From Callorhinchus milii (lineage: Eukaryota): a stretch of DNA of 64,000 nt. Position 1 is the first letter of the stretch. Every line of letters begins with the position of its first letter. The position numbers and the translations under genes were made by a program. The DNA is taken from contig NW_024704743.1 of the NCBI RefSeq assembly GCF_018977255.1, positions 94,552,001-94,616,000 of the forward strand. Reading direction: 5' to 3'. The notes under the pieces were generated by a model. It searched no databases. It saw nothing but the letters and a program-made list of their open reading frames with translations, and was not told the DNA's origin. Shown here in pieces: positions 23,751-36,705 of the stretch.

Positions 23751-25690
23751 CGAGCTGGATGCTCGCCCGCTGATGGTGGGGCGGGACGGGTGCGGGACTT
23801 GAAGCAGGAAACGAGACACAGACTGAAAAATAGCGACAGGGAGCGACTGCAAACGAGCATCAGATCACACACAGTCCACACACAGTGCAATTGGCACAAC
23901 AATAAATATATATATATATTTAAAAAAAGCTTCAAGTCTCATTTCATTCGGGTTGAGATATATGTTGCAGTGGAGGTTTGCATTGTACTCTGGGCTCGAG
24001 CTTCTGGTTGTCCTGATGATGATTTGTTTATTTAAGAAGTTAAAGCTTTCCATTTCAGTGAGTTATTTACAACTGCACACACAGTGGTCACATGTTGCGC
24101 TGCACTTCCTGGTTGTAACCCACACACACCTTTGCTGAAACTTTGAAAGATTGTACGCAGTGCAACACATATTATATCTATATATATATTTAGGAGCGCT
24201 GGAAACGATTGCGATCCAAACTGTTGCAATGCCAGCGATTCAGCACAGTGCTGTATTAATATGCAATCATCGAGCTGCTGCAGAACTGTGCAGTCTGCAC
24301 CAACAGTTAACTGTTTCGGAAATAATTCAACGAGAGAAAGGCATAGGGGAGGGGAGGGGAGGCGATCACACCGCCGATCGCTGCACGAAACCACCGTGTC
24401 ATCCGTTCACATCCATGAGGTTGCAGTTAATATTGTGTCAGTGATGAATCTCATCGTGAATCGAGACACCTTTCCCCAGAGGTCCCCTCAGTTCCGCGCA
24501 TCCTCTTCAGCCCTGAGCCCTGGATACAGGCACTGGTCAGCTTTAGTGACTGTGTTAACCTGATCTGCTGTAGCTCTGATCAAGCTGTGGGGGCTGTGTC
24601 AGGACGTGAATGGGATTCACTTATTGGACGTCTTTTACACTCGCTCTCTCGTGACTTATTAGGACTGAAGTGCCGGATTAGAAATGTACAGGATCTGTAT
24701 TAACATGTCATCTAAAACAAAACACACACTTAATAAGCCTTTGCACAACCCGCTTTTGGGTTTCGGGCCTTAAAATCAGACAGATCCTTTTTTTTGGATG
24801 GTATGATTATTATTTGCACTGCAGTATTATCTATCCCAGCGAGAAGCCGAGATCAAAAGAGGGGGGCAATCTCGATTCTCAGGAGGGGAGAACTGAAAGG
24901 AATCGTATGTACAACCGCGGGCCAATGATGATTCACCACAGGTACTCATTCTGTCTGCAAAGACGTGCCTTCTCCTCTCCAGTGGCTTCACTGTGTGCAG
25001 AGATCGTGAGTCAGTGAGAAATGGAGGAACACCAGGTGGGGGTGGATGCTTTTGTGTGTCTGTGGGCTAACCGCACTACAACGGCAAAAAGAAAACCTCA
25101 TTAGTCACCCACACACCCACATATTTAAAGCGCCCCCAGTGATGCTCAGATTTTCACCCTCCTCCCACCTCAAAGGCTGCAGCTCCCTGACTGGGAGCAT
25201 CTTTGCAAAGCCATCTTTCCAAACAGGTGAAGGGAAGCCAGGATGAACATTTCTGTTCCTCGAATTGGAGGAGAAACACACACTGTGAACAAAATGAAAT
25301 CTTGGAAAGCATGGTTCCGAGCTGATGCCTGGGGCAGCTTATTTTTTTCAGCAGAAAAAAACTATTTCTAACATCATCTTTACGATGTGAGTTGAAGTAA
25401 TCCGTTTTACATTTGTTGTACATGGTGTTTTGGTCCATTTGCTCCAACTAATGTCCAGTCCAGACATTAGAACCAATGTTCTCATGACCGTATTGAGAAA
25501 TTCATTTCTATTAACTCTGCATATAGTTAATGTATTGATTTTGAAGCACATGTGTTTTGGTTTAGAAAATGCAATTTGACTCGACTTTAAAACTTTCGTT
25601 GATTGCTCATTTTAATGTACTCCTTAAACTGATATCCTTATTCAACAACACTTAAAAGTTGTGTTTTGAACAATTGTGTTTTTTCCACAG

Positions 25691-25840
25691 GATGGAGTCA
25701 GTGCTCCTGAGAAGCAGTCGTTAAAAAGGGTTGCAGTGGTCGAAGACTTCTTCGATATTATCTACTCCATGCATGTGGAAATAGGTGCAAATGGAGAAAA
25801 ATCACGAAAACATGCTGGTCAGAAAAGGACCTACAAGGCA
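25691..25840 (+). CDS. NOL4: NOL4 coding exon 2 (DGVSAPEKQSLKRVAVVEDFFDIIYSMHVEIGANGEKSRKHAGQKRTYKA), 150 nt, phase 0-0
   Basis: Acceptor ttttttccacag| and donor GCA|GTAAGT. Matches NOL4 RVAVVEDFFDIIYSMHVE...RKHAGQKRTYKA. Confidence 0.95.
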
Positions 25841-26600
25841 GTAAGTTATTAACCTGCAATTCATTCTGGTTGGTACTTGCATATTTAAGGCTGTCAACCT
25901 ATTCTCTTAATGCTAAAACAAATTCCTTTTCCTAAATACTGTCAAATATTCTTCTAAATATCTTCAAAGGACAACGTTGGTGTTTCTAAATCTCTGCTGA
26001 TGATATAATACTTCAGTGTTGGATCACAGAAGATTTTATTGCCTTTTAATATTGGAAGCAGTGTTACTGAAAGAAGTTTAGCCTGCGCTAAGGAAGGCAG
26101 TCAGCTGGGGGCAGCTCAGCTCCAAACAACTTTTTAAAAAAGTTGTTCAAAGTTCCCCAATGCTTAACTCTGATCGGGTCTAATTTTCCAGTTGTATTAA
26201 CCGTGTGTATTAACCTATACAGAAGTAATTACAGGTGCCCTAAATTATGTAAACAGTCACTACACGTGTCATTAATTACTTGTGAAATGCTGTGAGATTT
26301 TTGAGAGTAATAAGGTAAAGACGCAAAAGAAAAATATTGCAGAATCCAATGAAAGGACCTGTACACAAGCCTTTATCCATGGCTAACACATCCGATATTG
26401 TGGTTACGCCACTGTAGTTGGAAGCATGTAGATGCCTTAGTTACACAATAAAAATGTTGAGTTCACTCTTTTTTATTGTTGGACTTTTAAGATTAGCAGG
26501 AGAGTAGGAGACGTCTTGAACAACAATACAGACTTTTGGACATGTTCAGGCCCCTGGAGTCTGTGCCTTCTATTGGCTGGCCTGGAGTCTGTGCCTTCTA

Positions 26601-26693
26601 CAACAACAACAACAAGATTGCATTTATAGAGCGCCTTTCATGTCGGGACGATGTCCCAAGGCGCTGGACAGTTGGGTTGGGACCCAATACCAG
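26601..26693 (-). mobile_element. Ultra-short L2 3'-end insertion with 10-bp TSD GTGCCTTCTA
   Basis: TSD at 26591-26600 and 26694-26703; (CAA)n tail and stem-loop. Confidence 0.85.
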
Positions 26694-27799
26694 GTGCCTT
26701 CTATTGGCTGGCCTGGTGTGATGTATGTTGAGGCTTTTGGTCCAGATTGTCCAGCACACTCATGGCTACAAAAGATGTAGAATCCAATGAGACTGGAAAG
26801 AAAACAATGGATCTTATTCTCTTTTCTTGTATTGTTGATTCTGTGTGTGAGCTGCATGTGGTTTGTAAGCTGGATAGCATAATAGGGAGTACATAATAAA
26901 CCAATTGTGACATTTGTCACAATTATATTGTGAACATATTGTGGGAGACTGAGGGATTTCCTTTGGCCCATTTGGAAAGTCTAGGACCAAGTATTGAGGT
27001 GGATTTGTGGTAAAAGGAGAAAATGGTTTGCAAAAAGGGAGACCTCCGGCCTATACTAATCTGTTGCTCAGCCCCTTGGATGTGGAATTGCCAACATAAG
27101 CAGTTTATATTTCTTTGCCAAGGCTTCTCATGTATTGAGAAATGCCTTGTATTAAAAAGGTGGTGTGACCAACCTGTACTTATTGCTCTACTGAATTAGT
27201 AATATCCCTCTAGAATGCACATTCCATTGCAGACAACTGGGAAGTTCCAAGTGTCGCAGGCATGCTATGTGGAATTAATTCGGGTTTCCACATGTGTCAG
27301 ATACCTGGCTGACAAAATAAAAGTGTAGTATTAAAAATGCTAAAGAAAACATAAGACTGAAAGAGAAAATTCTATACAGTTGCATTTGTATGTTTGAGGG
27401 CACTCCTGAATATTCAGTGATGCCAACCAAACACTTCACAAAGTAAAAATAGAATATACATGATGGGAAAGTGGGGTGTTCATCCCACTGATCGGCAGGA
27501 GGCCATAAACCAACGTGTTTTGTACTGTAGGCTATAACACACACAGTGGGGGGAATTTGCAAGTTTATTTTATTTAATCACATTTCAACACATTTGTATC
27601 AACTTTGGCAAATCTCTTTGTGGTCTAAAATGCCAGTTAGGTCATTAGCATTTTCTCATTAGTTAAATTCCTATTACCTGGAATGATCTTCTGCTTACCT
27701 CTGTATTTGCTCAAGGCCAATTTTGCCATTCACAAACTTAGCTGACCAGAATATTCTAGGTATATCTATAGAACCATATATAAGATCATTTCATACATG

Positions 27800-28220
27800 A
27801 AAAATAGTATGATTCCCAAGAGTGACCCCTGGGACACCCTGGTTGTAAGCTCTCTTCAGCTTGAAAAGTTGCCAATTCTGGCTACCTTCCATCTCCTGAG
27901 TTCTAAGCGAATCGTCTATTCAGGCCATATTATCCCACCATTCAATGATTCTTTTTGCCTTGGTCATTAATTGTTATGTGGAACTTTGCCAACAAATTTC
28001 TGAAAATCTAATTATATGATATGGATTTTATTTCCTTTATTAACCATTGGCATACTATTCTTGAAAAGTCCATCAGGTTAGATTGAGCATGACTTCTCTC
28101 TCTTGAAGCTGTGTTTATTGTTTTTTAATGAGCTATGCATTTCCACATGTTCGCCCATTGATTTCTCAAAATATTTTCACAGGTTTATTCCCAAAAGTTG
28201 ATGTTGAAATTACTGGTACA
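27800..28220 (-). mobile_element. Old CR1 RT fragment
   Basis: gacccctgggacacc (reverse of GVPQG) and ttatgtggaactttg (reverse of KVPH); colinear with 40080-40470. Confidence 0.7.
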
Positions 28221-28477
28221 GTATATATAGGTGTGCACACCTCACTCACACCAAACTGAGAGTAAGCAGGACACATGGGTTTTGAACAATAATAGTAATG
28301 ATATTCCTTGCATTTCATATAGTATTTCACTGAAAAGTGCAGTAGTGACTGTGTAATTTGTAGGTGAATGTTGCTGGGAGGCTGAAGGAGATAGAGACCC
28401 TTGATTGTATCAGAAGGGAAAAGTAAATGACCTGTCTGTCAAGCAGCAGCCTCCATCCTGTTTGTTTGGCTTCAGTG

Positions 28478-30095
28478 TCAGCTTGACTTAATTGGTAGCG
28501 CTCTCACCTCTGTGTCAGAACGATATGAGTTCAAGCTCCACGTACAGCTCATAGTCCAGGTAGGCTGTCACTTCACTGCAATGCTGGAGGTGCACTGCAT
28601 TGTCAGAGGTACAATCTTATGAGATGAGGTTTTAAACTGATGTCTCATATGCCTTTTCAGGTGGACTTTTAAGATTCCATTATTTGAAAAGGAAGGGAGA
28701 AGGCCAAAATTCCCTTAATAAAATTGCTTATTGACTTCATGGTTCTTTGTGAGACACTACTGTGCACAAATTGGCTGCGCATTCACCTACAAACTGTATA
28801 TATTTTTATATATATTTATATTTTGGATGTTGACACATGTGGAAACACATCACCATGCTTTAGAGCACAGTTCCATGCATCCCACCTCCAACAAGGAAAT
28901 TCCCCAAATTACAGTCACTGCACAGTAAATTATTTTGAGCTTTGAGATGTTTTGACAGCATAAGGCGCTGTATCAAATGTAAGTGTTATCATTTATTTAT
29001 AATTTTATGATTCAAAATAATGCATACAGATGTTTGTTAACTTGAGTCAACTTGGTACATTTAGCAGCACAGTCATCCATGTATCAAAGTTGTGGGTTGA
29101 AGCCCCACATTGGAACTTTGACCTTGTATCCTGGGCAATGTATTCCTCCAATGTAGAATTGGGAAGTCGCTGCATTTTACAGTTGCCATTTTTTGGATGA
29201 GACAATAAAACAAGGTCTTGTCTGCCTTTTCAGGTGGACATTAAGGCCTCCCATGACACTGTTTGCTGTTTGCCATTTGACTGCCACATTTAATAATAAA
29301 CGTTGTATTTGATGTAGCACCTATAATGTTGAAACATTTTAGAGTGATTACATAGGAAATTGCAGTTCAATGTTGTGACTGTGTATTTGTAGATAAAGTT
29401 GACAACAACATTCCAGGGACATTCATGAAGTGAATAATAAACTTTATTTGGAGCATTGTTGGTCAGGATACTGGAAGAACTCCCTTTTCTCTTTAGGACC
29501 TTGAATGTCCATGTGCACAGACAGATGGTACCGTGGTTTAATGGCACCACCAACAATGCAGCATTAACCTTGCACTGTGCTGAAATGTCAACCCGTGTAA
29601 TAAATTCAGTCTGACATGGAGATTTGAATCCCCAATCTTCTCACCCAGAATCAAGAGCATTACCAAACTGAGCCAGCCTGAAACATTTGCCTAAATACAG
29701 TATACAGTCTCTTCACAGCAGTTCATTAATCTAAGAATACAAATAATAATCCTTGCATTTGATATTGCACCTATAACATTGAAGCATGTCAAAGCACTTG
29801 CAGAAATGTGCTGTAATGTGTATTGACTGTGTTTGTAGGCTAATTAGTGGCCAATTTAGGCAAAGCATTGTTCCTCAAATAATATAAATTGAAAGACTGG
29901 AGGAATATTAGTCAGAACACTGGGGGAAACCCTGTTTTTTTCAAATTGTGTCATGGGATTTTTAACATCCACCTGAAATAGGCAGACTAGACTTTGGCTT
30001 AACGTCTCATCTGAAGGACAGCACCTCTGACAATACAGCACACCCCAGCACTTCTCTGGAGTATTAGTCCAGACAATGAGTTCAAAATTCAGTTT
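28478..30095. mobile_element. Cluster of four old DeuSINE-like copies (28478-28990 +, 29040-29270 +, 29290-29680 -, 29745-30095 -)
   Basis: Repeated Deu core gatgag...aaac...tctgccttttcaggtggac, tRNA-like heads and SINE tails. Confidence 0.75.
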
Positions 30096-32509
30096 TATAA
30101 TGAACTTTGAATGCCACACATTTCCAATTCTCCTTGTTCCACCCATATCAAACTTTCCATATTACTGTAATTGATTAGAATAGGTGAAATTTAGTTCTTG
30201 AACAGTGATATTTATTCAAAATCTTTTTCATTTCCTCCCAACTTCAGCGCCCAATTATTTGGAACATATTGTCCTGAATAATTTTAATAAATCATACTTT
30301 TACAGAAAGCTTCATGATTTAGATCATCAATTTCCACAGATGTAAGAGGTGACATAATTGTGAATAAATAAGAAATAGACAGCCTATTAAAGTCGTAGAG
30401 TAAGTACTCTTGGTCTTTGTTAGTATATTTTTTTAATTTGAAAACAAAAAGTTTCTACTGTGAAAGACAATTTTTAAAAAAAGGCACCACAGAAATCTAG
30501 CCAGGAGAGAGACAAGTCAAGCTTTTTAGCTGTCAACCCGTGCAGATCTCCCTCTATTATTGTCTATTATATGGAGTTCAGAAAGGGCAGAAGCTGCTGT
30601 GAACAAGCAGGTGGGATAGAGCCAAGTCCATTGTGCAGCAGTGAACTAGTGATTAGCAAATACATGAGGTCGTTGCTATGAAATCGTGGAGAGCATGACA
30701 ACGGAAATCTGTTGCCTCTCTGAATATGGACATGGAAATAGCACATTAAGATTATTGTTTGCAGCTTGCCCGACAACTTCAGCAAGTTCTACTTTCAATG
30801 TTTGCTGTAAACCAGGTAGTTTCCTAACAAGCAAACCCATTGTAATTATTGTACACTGTCCGACACCGAACTAAGTAATACCTGGATGTTCAGTTCTGAA
30901 ATCTTTTCTAAGTTAATTCTTCCGATGACTATTTTAAGAAAGTTTAGGTGGATAAACCATGGGTAAAATGGCATTGACCAGGGAAATCTATCTAACTACA
31001 GTATTTGCTCATCTTGTATCTGTCCTAATCTGCAGGAATGCATTCCACAGGCCCATGTGTTGCCCACAGTTTCCTGCCTCACCGATGATGCAGCGTTGGT
31101 AAATGTGCTAGGAGCTGAGTGGGAGTCCAGTCACAGGCCTGCAGAAACTTTTGGCCCACAAAAATTTGTTTTTCAATTTCAGTCTGGTTCCTGATTCAGG
31201 TGGGCCTGCAATACTCCAGGGCACTGCTGATGACAGGCCAGCCAAGAAGGTTCATCAGCAGCACTTGGATGGGTCATGATTGTATTTTACGGGTTCCACT
31301 TGCATTACACATTTTCTAGCTTTCCCATATTATATGCTGATTACTGCTGATAGTTTTGCACATGCATCCAATGAGAATGTAAAATGTGTGTACATCATTT
31401 TCAGTGGATGAAGGGCTAGTGAAGGGTTGTGGAAAGTGCTAACTTGTTGATTTGAAAAAGACAAAATCTAGCTTAGCGAACGACTGAAAGAGAGACTCAG
31501 TTTTTGAAATATAAAAATCTGTCCTTTGAAAAGGTTACAGAGGTCACCTTGAACACAAATGTGGGGACAAATTTTTGGAAGCGAGGACTTTAGTAAATCA
31601 TTCTGGTGAATAGTTTTACCTAAAAGCCAGTGTCAATACTGAGGAATTTTGTACAAATGCTGTCATTTCTGTTAGAACTTGAAGGGAGGTTTGGATACAC
31701 TCACAAGCAGGATCTTTGTTATTTTCAGGTACTGACATTGAGTGTCATTAGAGCCAAGATTTTTTTCAATGTAGGGCTTTCTTTTTAGGATCAATCTTTC
31801 CTTTTATAAACATTGAATTACAAAAAAGTAATCTTTTCATGTGCTCTCTCCTTCGACAGGACAACCCGTGAATCTATTTTGCAGATTTGTCCACCACTCT
31901 TAAAAATAAACTATTTGCATGAACTTTTCAGGGCCAGTTAACAGGACAATTGTTCCCTTCGCTCACCCCCTCCAAAAATAGCTGGTGTGTAACATGATAC
32001 AAATTGTTTCAAGCATGGGAGCAATATTACCTGTTAGCGCAGCAATTTAAAAAGCAAAACACCTGCCTAATTTAAGAGAATGTCCAGATGGTAACTCTTA
32101 TCTGGTTGATCAGAAAGGCCTCTGCTGCCTTTTCTAAAAGTTATTTAATTGCCTATCATTTCGCCCACAAAATATGCAGTTAGTTCACTTTATAGTATAT
32201 TTCTGTGAAGCGCTTTGAGACATCTCAACGGCATGATAAGACGCTATATCAAATGCAAGGATTATTATTATTATAAAAGAGCAAAACTCAGTCTAGTCCA
32301 GATTATAGGAGAGGGAGCTGGAGGATTTACTTTCTCCCCCAAAAAGCACAAACTAGTATTATTACAGATAGTATTATTAAAGTGTCTAACCTTTCAATTT
32401 CCTAGTGGACTTCTATTTTTTAAAGTTATTTAATCGTTATTGTTTCTTGGTTCAAGAAACTTGCACTGCACTGTTCAGAAGGCTGTATCAGTGAAGTGGT
32501 TATTCTCTT

Positions 32510-32945
32510 CATAATAATAATCCTTACATTTGGTATAGAGCCTTTCACATTGGGAGTAAGTCGTAAAGTGCTTCATAGCATATACAGTAAAATGTAGTGA
32601 CTATGTATTTTGTAGGCAAATATGACAGGTACTTTGTGCTCAGCAATGTCACACAAGCAGCCATGGAATGAGTGACCAATTTTATGTAGGGGAGTGTGGA
32701 CCAAGACACTGAGAAAAGCTCTCTTCTTTTTTCGATGGAGCATGGGATCTTTAATGTTCACCTGAACAGGCAGACTGTGCCTTGGTTTAACGAAGGACAG
32801 GTCCTACAAAAATGCAGCGCACCCCCAGCACTGCATTGGAGTGTCAGCTTAGACTATATGAGTTCCAAATCCTGACATTGGAGCTTGAATCCACGATCTT
32901 CTAACTCGGAAGCGAAAGTGCTACCAACTGAGCCAGGCTGACTCA
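32510..32945 (-). mobile_element. DeuSINE/SacSINE1-like SINE, near full length
   Basis: Head cagcctggctcagttggtagcactttcgc, Deu core, (ATT)n tail. Confidence 0.8.
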
Positions 32946-34484
32946 CTTCATCCACAAAAAGGGAAATGATCCTGAGAGTCCTGCTTCTGATTGGAAAATT
33001 CCATTTGCAGGTGTAGGTGGCATGCATATGTGGAACTCCCATTTTGGGTTTCCACATGTCCAACACCAGGCTGACCAAAACAAACTTGCTTCACATCACT
33101 TCTTCACCCATTATTATTATTAATAATACAAATAAACTAATAAACATAAAAAAACTATAACCTGCAGGTTTTGACTAAAACCTTGGCTTTGAGAATTGAA
33201 GTGGTTTTGCCAAAGCCTTGGTGCTATCCAAGGAGTTTTATAGAATGCCCACATTCAATAGGTGATAGGTAGTGCGTAACAAATAGTAACATTTGCATTT
33301 AATACTACTTTCACACAATGGGTTTTGATTTTATTGAACAGTGTCATGTAGGCAAATGCTTCAATAAGCATTTCATGCACTGGGAAACTGCAATCAGATA
33401 AGTATTGAAAGTGAATCTGGTGACCTGTGCTTGCCCAGCAACCAGTTGCTTCTCTTTCTATGCAAAATTTGCAATGATACAAATGTAGGGGAATTAGTAA
33501 ATACCGAGGAGGATCAAAGTAAAATATAGGAAGAGCCTAAAACTTAAGGGTGCAAATCTTAAAAGAGTAGAAGAATGTATCACAGAAAGCAGTGACCCGG
33601 GTGGATAAGGTCATTAAAAAAGCCGATTTATAGGGGATTTGTGGCCAGGGGAATAGTATAAGGATAAATAGGACAAGTTGTTTTCAAATTGATATGGAAA
33701 AAATCTAAAATGACTGGAGAAAATTGAAGGAAAAAGAAAATAATACCAATACCAATTTTTTTCTGATTAAATCCAGAAACCGACAAGCTTATCTATAATG
33801 TGTGGTTTCCATCTTCCAGTGGGAAATGCAGGAGTTACACTAACTGGGAATTTATATCACTTTTTTGCTATTGGGGAATTATATAAATCCCAAATTCTAA
33901 CCATGACAACTGATTGGAATCACTCGTCTTCACTTTGATCATATGGCCAACACAATGAATTAAGGTGAACATGCTCCCAAATCCAAATTACCTTGGATTT
34001 GAACAAATTGAGGTGTTTGATCACATTTATTTCAGTGGAGGCATACAGCCAGCTGGAATGAAAGTATTGGCTTGAGAAATCATTTTATGGATTTCTCTAG
34101 ATGTGCCACTTTTGTAGCTGAGTCTGGAGCATTGTCCCTTCTAGAGCAAGTTAGGAAATATATATATTATTTGCCTGATCTGAATAAAATTTTGTCTCAA
34201 ATTTACCAGTTATTGTTAGAAGTGGAAACTAATCCACTTAAATTGGTCATGCAATTAAATCCAAGGATTAATCCTACAGAGGTGCTGAAAATGTAACGGG
34301 GAAGGAAATGGGGCAGATTTGGACTTTGATTTGGACTTTAATTCACGTTGACCTGAAGCAGGATGAAAAGTTTAGCTCAAATATTGTACAGATTCATTAT
34401 CCTCTTAGACTACATTATAGGTCATGCTGACATGTTCTGTAGGTTGGAAGAGCTGTTGTTTTGTATGAATACACATCTACATCT

Positions 34485-34860
34485 GGAGTCTTGTAGCTCA
34501 GTGGTTAGAGCACTTGCTTTGCAAGCGAGAGGACCTGGGCTCGGTTCCTGGGCAGGGCAAAACTTTGGCAAGTTTCCTTACTCCACACACCTCTATTTAC
34601 CTAGCAATAAATAGGAACCTGGTTATTAGTCAATTGGCGGATTGCTTTTCCGGGAGTAATAATTCCTTCAAAATAAATAAAAATTATTTGGTTACTCAAT
34701 CCACGACTGTTTGTGGGACACTGCTGTGCGCAATTGGCTGCCGTGTTTCACCGACAAAATATACAGTCAATTCACTTTGAGGTATATTCTGTGATGCGCT
34801 TTGAGAAGCGAAGTCTCGAACACGTAATAAGGCGCTATATCAGATGCAAGGATTATTATT
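34485..34860 (+). mobile_element. tRNA-Ala SINE, longer subfamily with an extra ~65-bp internal segment
   Basis: Head ggagtcttgtagctcagtggttagagc; extra segment ctctatttacctagcaataaataggaacctgg, which is also seen reversed at ~47660-47720. Confidence 0.85.
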
Positions 34861-35129
34861 GCATCTTCCGTTTTAGCTTGACTGGATTCCACATTCTGGG
34901 GAAAGTTGGGGTAAAAACATTGTATATATCATGGGACTGCCTTCTGCCTTCTGGGCTTTCTTGTGGACATATCATAGGTGTAAAAAAAAGCTACTATATT
35001 AATGACTAGACATGTGAAACAAGGTTATCCCCTTTTCTATTTCAGACACTGGTTATACAGTAGATATTGCTCAAGGAAAAGACCTTTCATGGCTTCTGGT
35101 CTGAGACTGAGTTAGTAATTTGCTTTGCT

Positions 35130-35560
35130 GCTACCTTCAATTTTCTGCTTTTAAAAATGACCTTGTTATTAAGGAGTTGTTAATGACTCCTCTGCACAGC
35201 CTCCAGGCTGGGCAGCCCCCTTATGTCAGGGTGACCAGAGTGTCTGCAGTACAGGGGGTGTGGCCTGACCAGAGCACTATATAGATTGAGTATGATGTCT
35301 GGAGAGCTGAACTCAGCTGATTTGGCAGTACAGCCCAACATCCTGTTTGCCTTGTTTACTGCTGCCTCACACTGTTTTGAGAGATGAGTCAGCTCACACC
35401 CCTAGATCTTTCAGCTTTCTCCTTGGTAAGTTCTGTTTCTGCCATAGAGTACAGGTGTTGCCTATTCTTACTACTTCTATGTAGTACTTTGCATTTATCT
35501 GTATTAAACATCATTGACCAGTTATCAGCTCTTTTGCGTATCCTATCAAACTCTCTTTAA
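35130..35560 (-). mobile_element. Old CR1 fragment
   Basis: Colinear with 39540-39960 (tgtagtactttgcatttatctgtattaaa corresponds to the reverse of FN..KCKVLH). Confidence 0.65.
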
Positions 35561-36444
35561 ATCATTTGCAAGAACAGAAAACATGTCAATCAGATTTAGA
35601 ATAAACAATACAAATTGGGCTGGGTTGCTAATAAAAGGGAAGAAGCAGACCACATTCAAAGGGATCTATATAAATTGTCTGTTAGAATGAGAAGTAAGCA
35701 GTTACTACTTAATGTTGATGAATGCAACATGATGAGTCTGGGAATGGCTCATTTGTAATCTTCAACGTAATGCGATCAAGATACTGTGCTATCACTAACT
35801 GAAAATCCCAAGACCTGTTGGTTTCTACATTCATTCTTTCTATATCTCGTGCTGCCTCCCTTATAGTATACTGTGGATCATGCTAAATAGAAGTACACTT
35901 GGTTTCCAGTGCTTTCAGTGCACTTGCAGTTGAAATCACGTTTCTTTGTACTGTGCACTGTATGTAGGAAGTACTGCTAAAGTCATTTCCTACATGCTGC
36001 AATTGCACACTATACAAAATTACATTTGTATAGCGCCTTTCATGTCAGGAGGACGTCCCAAGGTGCTGGAAGTGTCTATTCTTGCGAAGTGCCACTAACA
36101 TCACCTCCTGTGCACTGCTATTGTGGAGAAAGTGATGTTAGTCGCGCTAGCAGGGACCTGATGCTGGAATTTGGCTACTTTTGTTTGTTCCTGTCTTAGA
36201 CATTGACTTAGACAGTCCAAGATTTCCCTGACCTGTCTTGCAAATTTTAGGTAGCATGATATCGCTGTCTGAATATATCCAGGACTCACAGGGTTTGTTG
36301 TTAAATTGTATGTTGGTTGAACCATTAAGATACTCTTGAATCTTTAGCATTTTCTCTACTAAGGCATCTACTGGCTCAAGGAGAGCTGGCGGGCATTAAT
36401 CCAGAATTGGGCCAAATGGCCCGTTTCTGAGCAGTACTTTCTGT

Positions 36445-36705
36445 GATTCCCGGTAAGGCAAAACCTTGGGCAAGTTTCCTTACCCCACACGCCTGATAAT
36501 ACTCCCTCAAGAAAAAAAACAATAATAAATTGGTCACTTTAATCCACGACTGTTTGTGGGACACTGCTGGGCGCATTTGGCTATCGCATTTTGCCCACAA
36601 ATATACAGTCAGTTCACTTTTGTGTATTTTCTGTGAAGCGCTTTGAGACGTCTCGAAGACATGAAAAATGCTATATCAAATACAAGGATTATTATTTATA
36701 TTATT
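36445..36705 (+). mobile_element. Young tRNA-SINE, head truncated
   Basis: aaaccttgggcaagtttcctta...tgctatatcaaatacaaggattatt. Confidence 0.88.

Noticed and set aside
20244..23852. Long Gly/Arg/Trp-rich ORFs (up to 354 aa) and their antisense counterparts
   Set aside because: They are translations of the minisatellite with constant frameshifts and no splice or codon evidence.
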